Shown here piece after piece: positions 18,508-26,066 of a stretch of DNA of 64,000 nt. The translations under genes were made by a program, and so were the position numbers. The notes under the pieces were generated by a model, which had not been told where the DNA came from, ran no database searches, and saw only the letters and a list, made by a program, of their open reading frames with translations. Each line of letters starts with the position of its first letter. Positions within the stretch are counted from its first letter, which is position 1. The stretch comes from Anaerolineae bacterium. Lineage in GTDB: Bacteria > Chloroflexota > Anaerolineae > B4-G1. The stretch covers positions 1,165-65,164 of the forward strand of contig JBHIET010000005.1 in assembly GCA_046760785.1 (NCBI GenBank). Reading direction: 5' to 3'.

Positions 18508-18900
18508 TCAACCTACGCTAATCTCCCTGCTGCTTTCCCATAGCCCATGGATGTTGCAATAGGCCAGGGCGTGCAGCGTGCCAGATTTGTTGAGCTTCAA
18601 CGATGTGGCTACTGCGTGATGCGTGTAAGCCGGGCCCTGGTTCGGCCCTGCGGCCGATTCACCGTGGGCATTGAACTCGAAGTGGCCCACGTCGTAGGTG
18701 AACTTGTCACCCTCCGGGTGGAAGTAGAGGGAGATCCAGCGGATGTGGTGTTCGGTGGTGTTGGGGTGAGCGATCTCCTTCCCCAAGCCGACCTTCACCT
18801 CAAATACCTCGCCCGCCTTCACCCGGTCCGGACACTCGATGACCGGCACGTGCTTCTCTTTCTTCCAATCCGCCTCTTGAATTCTGCCTCCAAGTTTCAT
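18508..18900 (-). CDS. sor: Superoxide reductase (1Fe-SOR, neelaredoxin type)
   Basis: EKHVPVIE, HPNTTEHHI and YCNIHGLWE are the SOR ligand motifs. The ATG overlaps the upstream stop codon (ATGA). Confidence 0.85.
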   Translation of the reverse strand: MKLGGRIQEADWKKEKHVPVIECPDRVKAGEVFEVKVGLGKEIAHPNTTEHHIRWISLYFHPEGDKFTYDVGHFEFNAHGESAAGPNQGPAYTHHAVATSLKLNKSGTLHALAYCNIHGLWESSREISVG

Positions 18901-19400
18901 GGTTGTCCCCTTTCCTTCATCAACTGAATGTCCTCAACAATAGCCTGCAGGTCCTCCTCGTGTTCGATCTCGTCTGCGAGGATCGAGAGGACGAGCTCAT
19001 ACGTCACCGGGTCAGTATCTTTGGTGGAGTCCACCAACTTCTGGTAGACCTCGATGGCGCATTGCTCGCCCTTGATGTTCTGTTCCAACAACACCTCCAC
19101 GTAAGGGTCTTCAGGAGGTTCGTACCCGCAGTTGGTCATCTTGTACCAGTCTTCGGGTGCGAGGAGCGGCGTACCGCCAAGCTGGATGAGCCTGTTCGAG
19201 AGCAACTCCGCGTGTCCCAGCTCTTCAGTGGCATGCTGCAAGAGCTCGGCAGCAACGGTCCCCCTCATAGGCCCCTTGGCCACCTTGGCGCCTACCCAGT
19301 ACTGGTAGTACGCCAGCCATTCGTCCGCGAGAGCCTTGTTGAGTATTTCGACGAGTTTGTCCACATCCATACCTACGATCGCTCTTCCTTTCGTACCCAT
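18897..19400 (-). CDS. DPS-like (DPSL) ferritin-superfamily protein, paralogue 2
   Basis: LNKALADEWLAYYQYW, ATEELGHAELL and ADEIEHEEDL, with the Cys pair (TNCGY...GEQCAI). Confidence 0.7.
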   Translation of the reverse strand: MGTKGRAIVGMDVDKLVEILNKALADEWLAYYQYWVGAKVAKGPMRGTVAAELLQHATEELGHAELLSNRLIQLGGTPLLAPEDWYKMTNCGYEPPEDPYVEVLLEQNIKGEQCAIEVYQKLVDSTKDTDPVTYELVLSILADEIEHEEDLQAIVEDIQLMKERGQP

Positions 19401-19438
19401 TTTGATTTGCCCTCCTTATACTGATTGTTGGATTTGTT

Positions 19439-19957
19439 TCACTTCAGCGCCGCGATGATCGTCCGGCAGAAAGCGGGCAGGTCGCTCGGCACACGCGAGG
19501 TGATCAGATTGCCATCCTGCACCACTTCTTCGTCAACGTAGGTAGCACCAGCGTTGCTCACGTCATCCCTGATCGCTGGGACGCAGGTGGCCCGCTTGCC
19601 TTTCATGACGCCCGCCGAGACCGCCACCCACGCGGCATGACAGATGGTCGCCACAATACCGCCACGCTCGAACACGCCCCTCACCAGGTCGAGCATCGCT
19701 TGGTGGCGGCGCATCCGATCGGGTGCGTAGCCACCTGGCACGATGACCGCGTCGAAGTCATCCGCCGAGACTGCATCGGCAGCGACGTCCACTTCCACCG
19801 GATAGCCGTGTTTGCTGTGGTACTCCTTCACGCCCGGCATTCCGACGACGCTCACTTCGGCGCCGGCCTCCCGCATGCGCAGCAGTGGGTACCACAGCTC
19901 CAACTCCTGATACATATCCTCGGCCAGAATAGCGATACGTTTCCCTTTCAACTCCAT
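19439..19957 (-). CDS. DJ-1/PfpI family protein
   Basis: The nucleophile elbow ATICHAAW is present together with VIVPGGYAP. Confidence 0.8.
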   Translation of the reverse strand: MELKGKRIAILAEDMYQELELWYPLLRMREAGAEVSVVGMPGVKEYHSKHGYPVEVDVAADAVSADDFDAVIVPGGYAPDRMRRHQAMLDLVRGVFERGGIVATICHAAWVAVSAGVMKGKRATCVPAIRDDVSNAGATYVDEEVVQDGNLITSRVPSDLPAFCRTIIAALK

Positions 19958-20008
19958 ACCAGCCTCCTTTCTGTTTCTTGCTTCCTGCTTCTTGCCTCCC
20001 GCCTCTTT

Positions 20009-20539
20009 TCACGTCACCCGGCGAAACTTCTCCCGCCCGGCGCTGCAAATCGGGCATTGGTCGGGTGGTTCGCCTTCCACCGTCCACCCGCACACCTCGC
20101 AGATATAGACGTCGCCTACCTCCACGTCTTGGCCCGCGAGCACGGATTGCCGAGCCGCCTCATACATACCCGTGTGGACCTTCTCCGCCTCCAGCGCCCA
20201 GGTGTTGGAACGAATGGCCGCCTTCTCCTCCTGCAATTCGGCCACCGCCAGGAAAGCGGGATACATCTCCTCGACCTCGTAGGTCTCGCCGCCGATGGCG
20301 ACCTCCAGGTTTGGTGCTGTCTTGCCCAGATTCCCCAACGCCTTGAAGTGGTTGGTGGCGTGCACCTGTTCGGCGTAGGCGATGGCCCGGAAGAGCCGCG
20401 CTACGTTGGGGAACCCCTCCTGCTCTGCCTTATCGGCGAAGATCAGATAGCGCATGTGCGCCTGGCTTTCGCCCGCGAAAGCCGCTTCCAGATTGGATTG
20501 GGTCATCTTATGCATTTGGTGTATCTCCTCCTTCATCAT
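20009..20539 (-). CDS. rbr: Rubrerythrin
   Basis: N-terminal di-iron domain (AFAGESQAHMRYL) and a C-terminal rubredoxin-like CEVCG...CPIC. Confidence 0.85.
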   Translation of the reverse strand: MMKEEIHQMHKMTQSNLEAAFAGESQAHMRYLIFADKAEQEGFPNVARLFRAIAYAEQVHATNHFKALGNLGKTAPNLEVAIGGETYEVEEMYPAFLAVAELQEEKAAIRSNTWALEAEKVHTGMYEAARQSVLAGQDVEVGDVYICEVCGWTVEGEPPDQCPICSAGREKFRRVT

Positions 20540-20573
20540 GGTTTTGGGTTCAGCCTATTTCGGGCTTGACGTT

Positions 20574-21818
20574 TCACGCTTCGCGTAACAATGCTTCCAG
20601 GTCAAAGTCATCATCCATTAGCCGAGCGGCATGAACCGAGACGCCCACGCCCCGCTCGATCAATAGGGTGACAGGGCGCACCCGCTCTCTGTCGTTGAGC
20701 AGGATCGCGCCCACGATGCGTCCCTCGTGCAGCACGAACTTGCGGTAGTGTCCGGTTGCCAGGTCCACGTGCCGTAACGATGTGTAGCTGTCCTCCTCTG
20801 TCAGGCATTCCCCCAGCGAGGTTAACTCCGCCCCGGCGACTTTGAGCGTGGTGGCGGGGAGCGTGCCGGTGTAAGTGGCACTGCCGGGCGCGACCATGTT
20901 CGCCGCGGCGACCGTAGCCTGCTCGATGGCGGGCGGGATGATCCCATAGACCCGCCCTTCGAATTCGGCGGCGTCACCCGCGGCGAAGACGTCCTCCGCG
21001 CTCGTCTGCAACTGGTCATCAACGACGATGCCACGGTTCACTTCGAGCCCCGCTGTCTGGGCCAGTTCGACTTCACTGCGGATGCCGGTTGAGAAAAGTA
21101 CCAGCTCTCCGGCCACCACGCGCCCATCCCTTCGACTATGCTCAGGGCGAGCCTTAAGCCGGATGGCCTCAGCACGCCCGTTGCCCAGGATGGCCTCCGT
21201 CGCTGCGCTGGTGATGATTTGCAACCCTTGCGCCTCCAGCAGCGATTGCAGAACCTCAGCACCTTCGGCGTCCATCTGGCGCGGCAACAGGTGGGGGGCG
21301 AACTCGACCACGGTCACGTCCAGACCGGCGGCATGGAGCGCCCGCGCCGTCTCCAGCCCCAACAGCCCCCCGCCGATGACCACCGCCGTAGAGACCTCCT
21401 GAGCGTGCTGTTTGATCGCCAGAGCATCATCCAGGGTACGCAACGAAAAAACGCCCTCCTTGTCCGCTCCCTCGCAAGGGGGCACAAAAGGGCGTGCGCC
21501 TGTGGCGAGCAGAAGGCAGTCGTATTCCACCTGGGAGCCGTCGGCCAAGGCGAGGCGGTGGGCTGTGGGATCGAGCGAGATGGCCCGGACGCCCAGGTGC
21601 AGGTGGATGCCACGCTCAGCATACCAGGCTGGCGGTCGAAAGTAGAGCGCGTCTTGTTCGATCTGGCCAGCGATGAACTCCCACAGGAGGGGGCGGCGGT
21701 AGTAGGGATAAGGCTCGACGCCGAAGACGTGCACCTCGGCGCTCGGGTCGGCCCGGACGATTGCTTGAGCTGCTGTCACACCAGCGACGCCGCTGCCCAC
21801 GATAACGTGTCGCCTCAT
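20574..21818 (-). CDS. FAD/NAD(P)H-dependent oxidoreductase (NADH:rubredoxin oxidoreductase-like)
   Basis: Dinucleotide folds VIVGSGVAGVTAA and VVIGGGLLGLETA. Genomic context with rubredoxin and the flavodiiron protein supports the call. Confidence 0.75.
   Translation of the reverse strand: MRRHVIVGSGVAGVTAAQAIVRADPSAEVHVFGVEPYPYYRRPLLWEFIAGQIEQDALYFRPPAWYAERGIHLHLGVRAISLDPTAHRLALADGSQVEYDCLLLATGARPFVPPCEGADKEGVFSLRTLDDALAIKQHAQEVSTAVVIGGGLLGLETARALHAAGLDVTVVEFAPHLLPRQMDAEGAEVLQSLLEAQGLQIITSAATEAILGNGRAEAIRLKARPEHSRRDGRVVAGELVLFSTGIRSEVELAQTAGLEVNRGIVVDDQLQTSAEDVFAAGDAAEFEGRVYGIIPPAIEQATVAAANMVAPGSATYTGTLPATTLKVAGAELTSLGECLTEEDSYTSLRHVDLATGHYRKFVLHEGRIVGAILLNDRERVRPVTLLIERGVGVSVHAARLMDDDFDLEALLREA
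21129..21147. repeat. Palindromic element copy in frame inside the NROR-like gene
   Basis: ccttcgactatgctcaggg (reverse orientation) encodes ..ARPEHSRRD... Confidence 0.5.
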
Positions 21819-21844
21819 TGGTTACCTTTCGCCACTACGCCTTC

Positions 21845-23032
21845 TCAGCGCTGCAAGTTCAGCGCGTTGTGTTTCTCCGCGATGGTAGCCGCCAGTTTAT
21901 CCAGGGCCGCGAAATCCTCGCCCCTGGGGTGGCCCTTGACGACGACCGGATCCAGTATCTCCACCTTCAGGTTGGGAATTAACCCTGCCAGTTGCTTTAT
22001 CATCTTGCCGCCCCAACCGTATGAGCCGATGATCGAGACGAACCTCACCTTGGGCTGCAAGGCATTAGCCAGGTAGGCCGCGTAGATGACGTTCGGATGT
22101 GCACCAGTCAGGACAGTGGGCGATCCGATCACGATGGTGGCAGCATCCACCAGCGCCATGGCCAGTTCCCCGATATCGGTGACGGCCAGGTTGAACTGTT
22201 GCACAATCACCCCTTTTTCGATCAGGGCATCCACCAGGTGGTTTACCATCACGCGGGTGGTGCCGTGCATCGAGATGTAGGGGAGGACGACGACGTTCTT
22301 CGGGTCGCCAAGAACCCAATCGCGATACGCCTCCAGGATGAACTCGGGGCGGTCGTACATCGGGCCGTGGCTGGGGGCGATGAGGGAGACGTTGTACCGC
22401 TGCACTTTCTCCAGGTTCTTCTCGATGATCTTGCGGAACGGCATCATGATTTCCGCATAGTACCGCTTGGCCGCCTCATAAACCTGCCCTTCATCGGTGA
22501 CGTACAGGTCGGCGGTGGCCAGGTGTGAGCCGAAGAAATCGCAAGGGAAGATGATCTTGTCCTCCCGCAGATAGGTCAGCATCGTCTCGGGCCAGTGAAC
22601 CCACGGCGCGTGGATGAACTCGAGAGTTCTGTCACCTAATGGTAGCGTTGCGCCATCGTCCACTGTGAGAAAGCGGCCTTCCGGTGCCAGCAGCAAGTCT
22701 ACAAGCATCCCTTTACATTTGGGCGTGGAGACGACCTGCGCCTTGGGGTATCGCTCCAGAATCTGTGGAAGCGTGCCCGAATGGTCCTGCTCGGCGTGAT
22801 TGGCGATGACATAATCAATATGCTCAGGGCTCAGTTGATCCAGACGACCGAGCAAGACGTGTGACATAGTGGGGTCAACAGTGTCTATCAGCGCCGTTTT
22901 CTCGCTTCCCTGGATCAAGTAAGCGTTATAACTGGTGCCATCGGGGAGCGGGATGAGATCGTCAAACAGCCGGCGATCCCAGTCAACGGCTCCCACCCAG
23001 TAGATACCATCCTTTATCTTTCTTGGTTGCAT
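21845..23032 (-). CDS. fprA: Flavodiiron protein (FprA-type O2/NO reductase)
   Basis: MQPRKIKDGIYWVGAVDWDRRLFD, the di-iron motif HAEQDHSG, and a C-terminal flavodoxin domain. The track ORF extension to 23242 is an artefact that overlaps rubredoxin. Confidence 0.85.
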   Translation of the reverse strand: MQPRKIKDGIYWVGAVDWDRRLFDDLIPLPDGTSYNAYLIQGSEKTALIDTVDPTMSHVLLGRLDQLSPEHIDYVIANHAEQDHSGTLPQILERYPKAQVVSTPKCKGMLVDLLLAPEGRFLTVDDGATLPLGDRTLEFIHAPWVHWPETMLTYLREDKIIFPCDFFGSHLATADLYVTDEGQVYEAAKRYYAEIMMPFRKIIEKNLEKVQRYNVSLIAPSHGPMYDRPEFILEAYRDWVLGDPKNVVVLPYISMHGTTRVMVNHLVDALIEKGVIVQQFNLAVTDIGELAMALVDAATIVIGSPTVLTGAHPNVIYAAYLANALQPKVRFVSIIGSYGWGGKMIKQLAGLIPNLKVEILDPVVVKGHPRGEDFAALDKLAATIAEKHNALNLQR

Positions 23033-23036
23033 CACT

Positions 23037-23198
23037 TCACTCCACTTTCTCGAACATGTCTTTGCCCGCGCCGCAATCGGGACACACCCAATCGTCGGGC
23101 AGCGCCTCGAAGGGCGTGCCGGGCTCGACCCCGTTATCGGGGTCGCCCACCTCCGGGTCGTAGACGTAGCCACACACCATACATTCCCACTTGTCCAT
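23037..23198 (-). CDS. rub: Rubredoxin (53 aa, absent from the ORF track)
   Basis: Hand translation gives [53 protein letters not shown]. This is a canonical CxxCG...CPxCG rubredoxin. An RBS (aggaggg) lies upstream. Confidence 0.9.
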   Translation of the reverse strand: MDKWECMVCGYVYDPEVGDPDNGVEPGTPFEALPDDWVCPDCGAGKDMFEKVE

Positions 23199-23331
23199 AG
23201 CAGTTCCCTCCTGTTTATATATTGTGAAGCCTCCGGTCGCACCAGCCTGAAGAGCTGATGCTGGATGGCTTTCCGACGATTCTATGATCTCCGGCGCCGC
23301 CTGTTCGCGGCGGCACGGGTTGGGCCTAGCT

Positions 23332-23766
23332 TCAGCCCTCCTGGGGAGCGCAGGCGGGACAGTAGCCGCGAAAAACCACGCTGCAATCCACCACTTGAAA
23401 CCCGTGCGCGTGCTCGGGCGAGAGTGTCAGTGCCTCGTGATCACAGAGCACATCCTCCACACACCCGCACCTCAGGCAGACCAGGTGAGCGTGGTCCGTC
23501 GTGTTAACGTCGTAGCGTCGCTCCCCCAGCCCCAGGTCCAGTTCCAACAGCACACCCATCTCAACCAGCTCGTGCAGCGTGTTGTAGACCGTGGCGTGCG
23601 ACATGTCGAGCATCGAGCCTTGCACGCGCGTGAAAATCTGCTCGGCGGTGAGGTGAGTGCCCTCATCCTCCAGCAAAACCTGGATGATGGCCCGCCTCTG
23701 GGGCGTTACCCGGCGGCCTCGCTCTTTCAGTTGTGCGCAGAGGTGGTCTACGGTAGACATAGTCAC
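23332..23766 (-). CDS. Fur family transcriptional regulator (PerR-like by context)
   Basis: [28 protein letters not shown] and a C-terminal CPAC. Confidence 0.8.
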   Translation of the reverse strand: MTMSTVDHLCAQLKERGRRVTPQRRAIIQVLLEDEGTHLTAEQIFTRVQGSMLDMSHATVYNTLHELVEMGVLLELDLGLGERRYDVNTTDHAHLVCLRCGCVEDVLCDHEALTLSPEHAHGFQVVDCSVVFRGYCPACAPQEG

Positions 23767-23779
23767 ACTTACGGCGAAA

Positions 23780-24298
23780 TCACTCCTGTGCTTCCTGACC
23801 CGCCTGGGGGGCTGGCCGCCTACCCAACTCTCTATCCAACATCAGAAGGGCCTGGCGATTGTCCCCCAACATCCTCAATGTCTCTACAATCTGGCTTGCG
23901 TTGTCCTCCTCCTCGACCTGCTCCGTCACGAACCACTGCAAAAATATCTGGCTGGCGTAATCTTTCTCCTGAACTGCAAGCGCGTAGAGGTCGTCAATCA
24001 TCGCCGTCACCTTTTGCTCATGTTCGAGCGTCTTTTCGAAAACGTCGAGAGGCGACTGGAACTCGGCAGGCGGCTGATCAACGGCCTGGAGAACCACGCG
24101 ACCACCTCGGTTGTGGATGAACCCGTAGAACCTCATCGCGTGCCCCAACTCCTCCTGAGCCTGCATGCGCATCCAACGTGCGAAGCCCGCGAAGTTGATG
24201 GATTCACAATAGGCCGACATCGAAAGATAGAGGTAAGCGGAATACAGCTCATTCTTGATCTGTTCGTTCATTGCGTCTTGGATTATCTGGTTCAACAT
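23780..24298 (-). CDS. Ferritin (non-haem, Ftn type)
   Basis: MLNQIIQDAMNEQIKNELYSAYLYLSMSAY...QEELGHAMRF. An RBS (aaggagg) lies 8 nt before the ATG at 24298. Confidence 0.85.
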   Translation of the reverse strand: MLNQIIQDAMNEQIKNELYSAYLYLSMSAYCESINFAGFARWMRMQAQEELGHAMRFYGFIHNRGGRVVLQAVDQPPAEFQSPLDVFEKTLEHEQKVTAMIDDLYALAVQEKDYASQIFLQWFVTEQVEEEDNASQIVETLRMLGDNRQALLMLDRELGRRPAPQAGQEAQE

Positions 24299-24340
24299 TA
24301 TCAATTCCTCCTTCAAGACTTATTTATAGCGTCTCCTAAT

Positions 24341-24355
24341 TTATAACCATTATAA
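24341..24355. promoter_or_regulatory. PerR/Fur-type 7-1-7 inverted repeat TTATAAC-C-ATTATAA
   Basis: 14 of 15 positions match the TTATAATnATTATAA box as I remember it. It overlaps the -10 of the ferritin promoter. Confidence 0.55.
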
Positions 24356-24376
24356 CATACTTGTGCTCATTGTCAA
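24349..24376 (-). promoter_or_regulatory. Sigma70 promoter for ferritin: TTGACA-16-TATAAT with extended -10 TG
   Basis: The minus strand reads tatTTGACAatgagcacaagtatgtTATAATgg. Confidence 0.6.
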
Positions 24377-24401
24377 ATACTTGGCATTCTGTTCTGCCAC
24401 C

Positions 24402-24443
24402 AGCATAGCAGAAAGTGGGTCGTCTGTCTACGACAAAAGTCAC
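24402..24443 (-). promoter_or_regulatory. Conserved ~42-bp promoter-like module, copy A (TAGACA-17-TATGCT)
   Basis: The minus strand gtgacttttgtcgtagacagacgacccactttctgctatgct is about 85% identical to 25773-25814. Confidence 0.45.
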
Positions 24444-24494
24444 ATCGTGTTGGCTGTACCTTGGCCTGCAGTTGCTCACAGCCAGAGGTGCACC

Positions 24495-24522
24495 TTGACA
24501 CCACCGCGCTTTCGACTACAAT
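24495..24522 (+). promoter_or_regulatory. Sigma70 promoter TTGACA-16-TACAAT for the Crp/Fnr gene (transcript predicted to be leaderless)
   Basis: The -10 ends 9 nt before the ATG at 24532, and no RBS lies between them. Confidence 0.5.
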
Positions 24523-24531
24523 GGCGCTGTC

Positions 24532-25197
24532 ATGGAAACCACTGTCCAGGCCCTGCACCGCGTCTCCCTCTTCGCCGGCCTCTCCGACGACGCGCTGACC
24601 CGCGTCGCCGGTGCGGCCATGCGCCGCACCTATGCTCCGGGCCAGATGGTCATCTTCGAGGGCGACCCCTGTCAGGCGGCTTACTTCATCGCTGAGGGGC
24701 AGGTGCGTGTCTATCGCCTCTCCCCTGCTGGCCGCGAGCAGGTACTGGTGCGGCTGGGGCCGGGCCAGACTTTCAACACGGTGCCCCCCTTTCAACCCCA
24801 CGGCGTCAATCACGCCACCGTCGGGGCCCTCACTGAGGTCACCCTTTACGCCATCGCCAGCGACGACTTCCGCCGCCTGGTGGGCGAGTGTGCCGAGCTG
24901 GCGCTGGCCATTCTGCAGGACTTCGCCGCCCGGCTCGACCATCTGACCAACCTGGTGGAGGACCTTTCACTGCGCACGGTGCGAGGGCGGCTGGCCCATT
25001 TTTTGCTGGAGTACGCCGATGCGGATACGGTGACCCGGCGCTGGACGCAGGAGGAGATCGCCGCCCACCTGGGAACGGTGCGGGACATGGTGGGGCGCAC
25101 GCTGCGGGCCTTCACCGACGCGGGGCTGGTGCGGGTGGAGCGGCAGCGCATCGTGTTGCTCGACCGGGAGGGGCTGGAGGCCGAGGCGCAGTGCTGA
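24532..25197 (+). CDS. Crp/Fnr family transcriptional regulator
   Basis: A cNMP-binding-like N-terminal domain and a C-terminal HTH (EEIAAHLGTVRDMVGRTLRAF). Confidence 0.8.
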   Translation: METTVQALHRVSLFAGLSDDALTRVAGAAMRRTYAPGQMVIFEGDPCQAAYFIAEGQVRVYRLSPAGREQVLVRLGPGQTFNTVPPFQPHGVNHATVGALTEVTLYAIASDDFRRLVGECAELALAILQDFAARLDHLTNLVEDLSLRTVRGRLAHFLLEYADADTVTRRWTQEEIAAHLGTVRDMVGRTLRAFTDAGLVRVERQRIVLLDREGLEAEAQC

Positions 25198-25219
25198 GAA
25201 GCGTTGTTGAGGATGGGCC

Positions 25220-25249
25220 TGGACATACCGCCGGCTCTTGTGGTATAAA
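25220..25249 (+). promoter_or_regulatory. Candidate promoter TGGACA-18-TATAAA with extended -10 TG
   Basis: cTGGACAtaccgccggctcttgTGgTATAAAt lies upstream of the ferredoxin gene. Confidence 0.35.
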
Positions 25250-25345
25250 TAGATTCGCCCGGCACACATTCGCGGTGGAGGACATCAGCCCGGAGAACAT
25301 CCAGGCGCGTGTCCAACGACATAATCTCAGAGGAGGCAAAACAAA

Positions 25346-25567
25346 ATGAAGGTGAATATTGATCACGAGGAATGCATCGCCTGCGGCGCGTGCTACGCTG
25401 ACTGCCCGGACTTCTTCGAGGAGGACGACGAGGGAATGAGCCAGGTGCCGGAGGCGTACAGGGTAGACGGCAACCCTGTCGTGGGCGAAGTACCCGAGGA
25501 TCAGGAGGACTGCGTGCGCGAGGCGGCCGAGAACTGCCCCGTGGAGTGTATCCACGTCGAGGAGTAG
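25346..25567 (+). CDS. Small [4Fe-4S]/[3Fe-4S] ferredoxin
   Basis: CIACGACYADCP ... CPVECIHVEE, with an RBS (gaggagg). Confidence 0.8.
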   Translation: MKVNIDHEECIACGACYADCPDFFEEDDEGMSQVPEAYRVDGNPVVGEVPEDQEDCVREAAENCPVECIHVEE

Positions 25568-25642
25568 CCTCTGCCAACTAAGCCTGTTTTTCGCACCCCT
25601 GGAAATCGTAACAGTGATTGTACAGATCATAGCCAAATCGCA

Positions 25643-25724
25643 TCCTGAGTAGGCCGAAGGCCGTATCGAAGGGGCGATTTAGCGGCCCGTCGCCCTTCGA
25701 TACGCCGCTTCGCGGCACTCAGGA
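25643..25724. repeat. Intergenic composite palindromic repeat (two inverted TCCTGAG...TCGAAGG units)
   Basis: tcctgagtaggccgaaggccgtatcgaagg ... ccttcgatacgccgcttcgcggcactcagga. It is flanked by an imperfect 19-nt inverted repeat (25578-25596 / 25753-25771, 15 of 19 positions). Confidence 0.55.
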
Positions 25725-25772
25725 CGACTGGCCTGATTTAGCTGCTAGCGGAGTGCGAAATCTAGGCTAAGT

Positions 25773-25814
25773 GCGACTTTTGTCGTAGACAGGTGACCGC
25801 CTTTCTGCTACACT
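25773..25814 (+). promoter_or_regulatory. Conserved ~42-bp promoter-like module, copy B (TAGACA-17-TACACT)
   Basis: gcgacttttgtcgtagacaggtgaccgcctttctgctacact lies immediately upstream of the second ferredoxin gene. Confidence 0.45.
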
Positions 25815-25838
25815 GTGGTGGAAAGGCGGTCACTTTAT

Positions 25839-26051
25839 ATGGAAGAGTGGGCGTTACCAGAGATCAACCTGGAGATATGTGACCGATGCGGCACCTGCGT
25901 CGAGCAGTGCCCCACGGACACGGTGGAGATGGGGCCGGAGGGGCCGTTCATCGCCCGTCCGTCCGATTGTACCTACTGCGCCACGTGTGACGCAATCTGT
26001 CCCCAGGGCGCGATCACGTGCAGCTATGAGATTGTCTGGGGAGAAAACTGA
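25839..26051 (+). CDS. 2x[4Fe-4S] ferredoxin
   Basis: CDRCGTCVEQCP and CTYCATCDAICP motifs. Confidence 0.8.
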   Translation: MEEWALPEINLEICDRCGTCVEQCPTDTVEMGPEGPFIARPSDCTYCATCDAICPQGAITCSYEIVWGEN

Positions 26052-26066
26052 AAAGGAGCAGAGCAA

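Noticed and set aside
23033-23242. The 70-aa N-terminal extension of the flavodiiron ORF in the track.
   Set aside because: The conserved FDP N-terminus begins at MQPRKIKDGIYWVG (23032). The extension overlaps a canonical rubredoxin gene in another frame and has no RBS.
23199-23331. A dedicated promoter or PerR box for the rubredoxin operon in the AT-rich patch tgtttatatattgtg (23212-23226), and a terminator after the Fur-family gene (gccgcc-N7-ggcggc).
   Set aside because: The AT-rich patch abuts the RBS, so it would leave no leader, and it is not a 7-1-7 palindrome. The hairpin is short and lacks a U-tract. Read-through from the ferritin promoter seems more likely.
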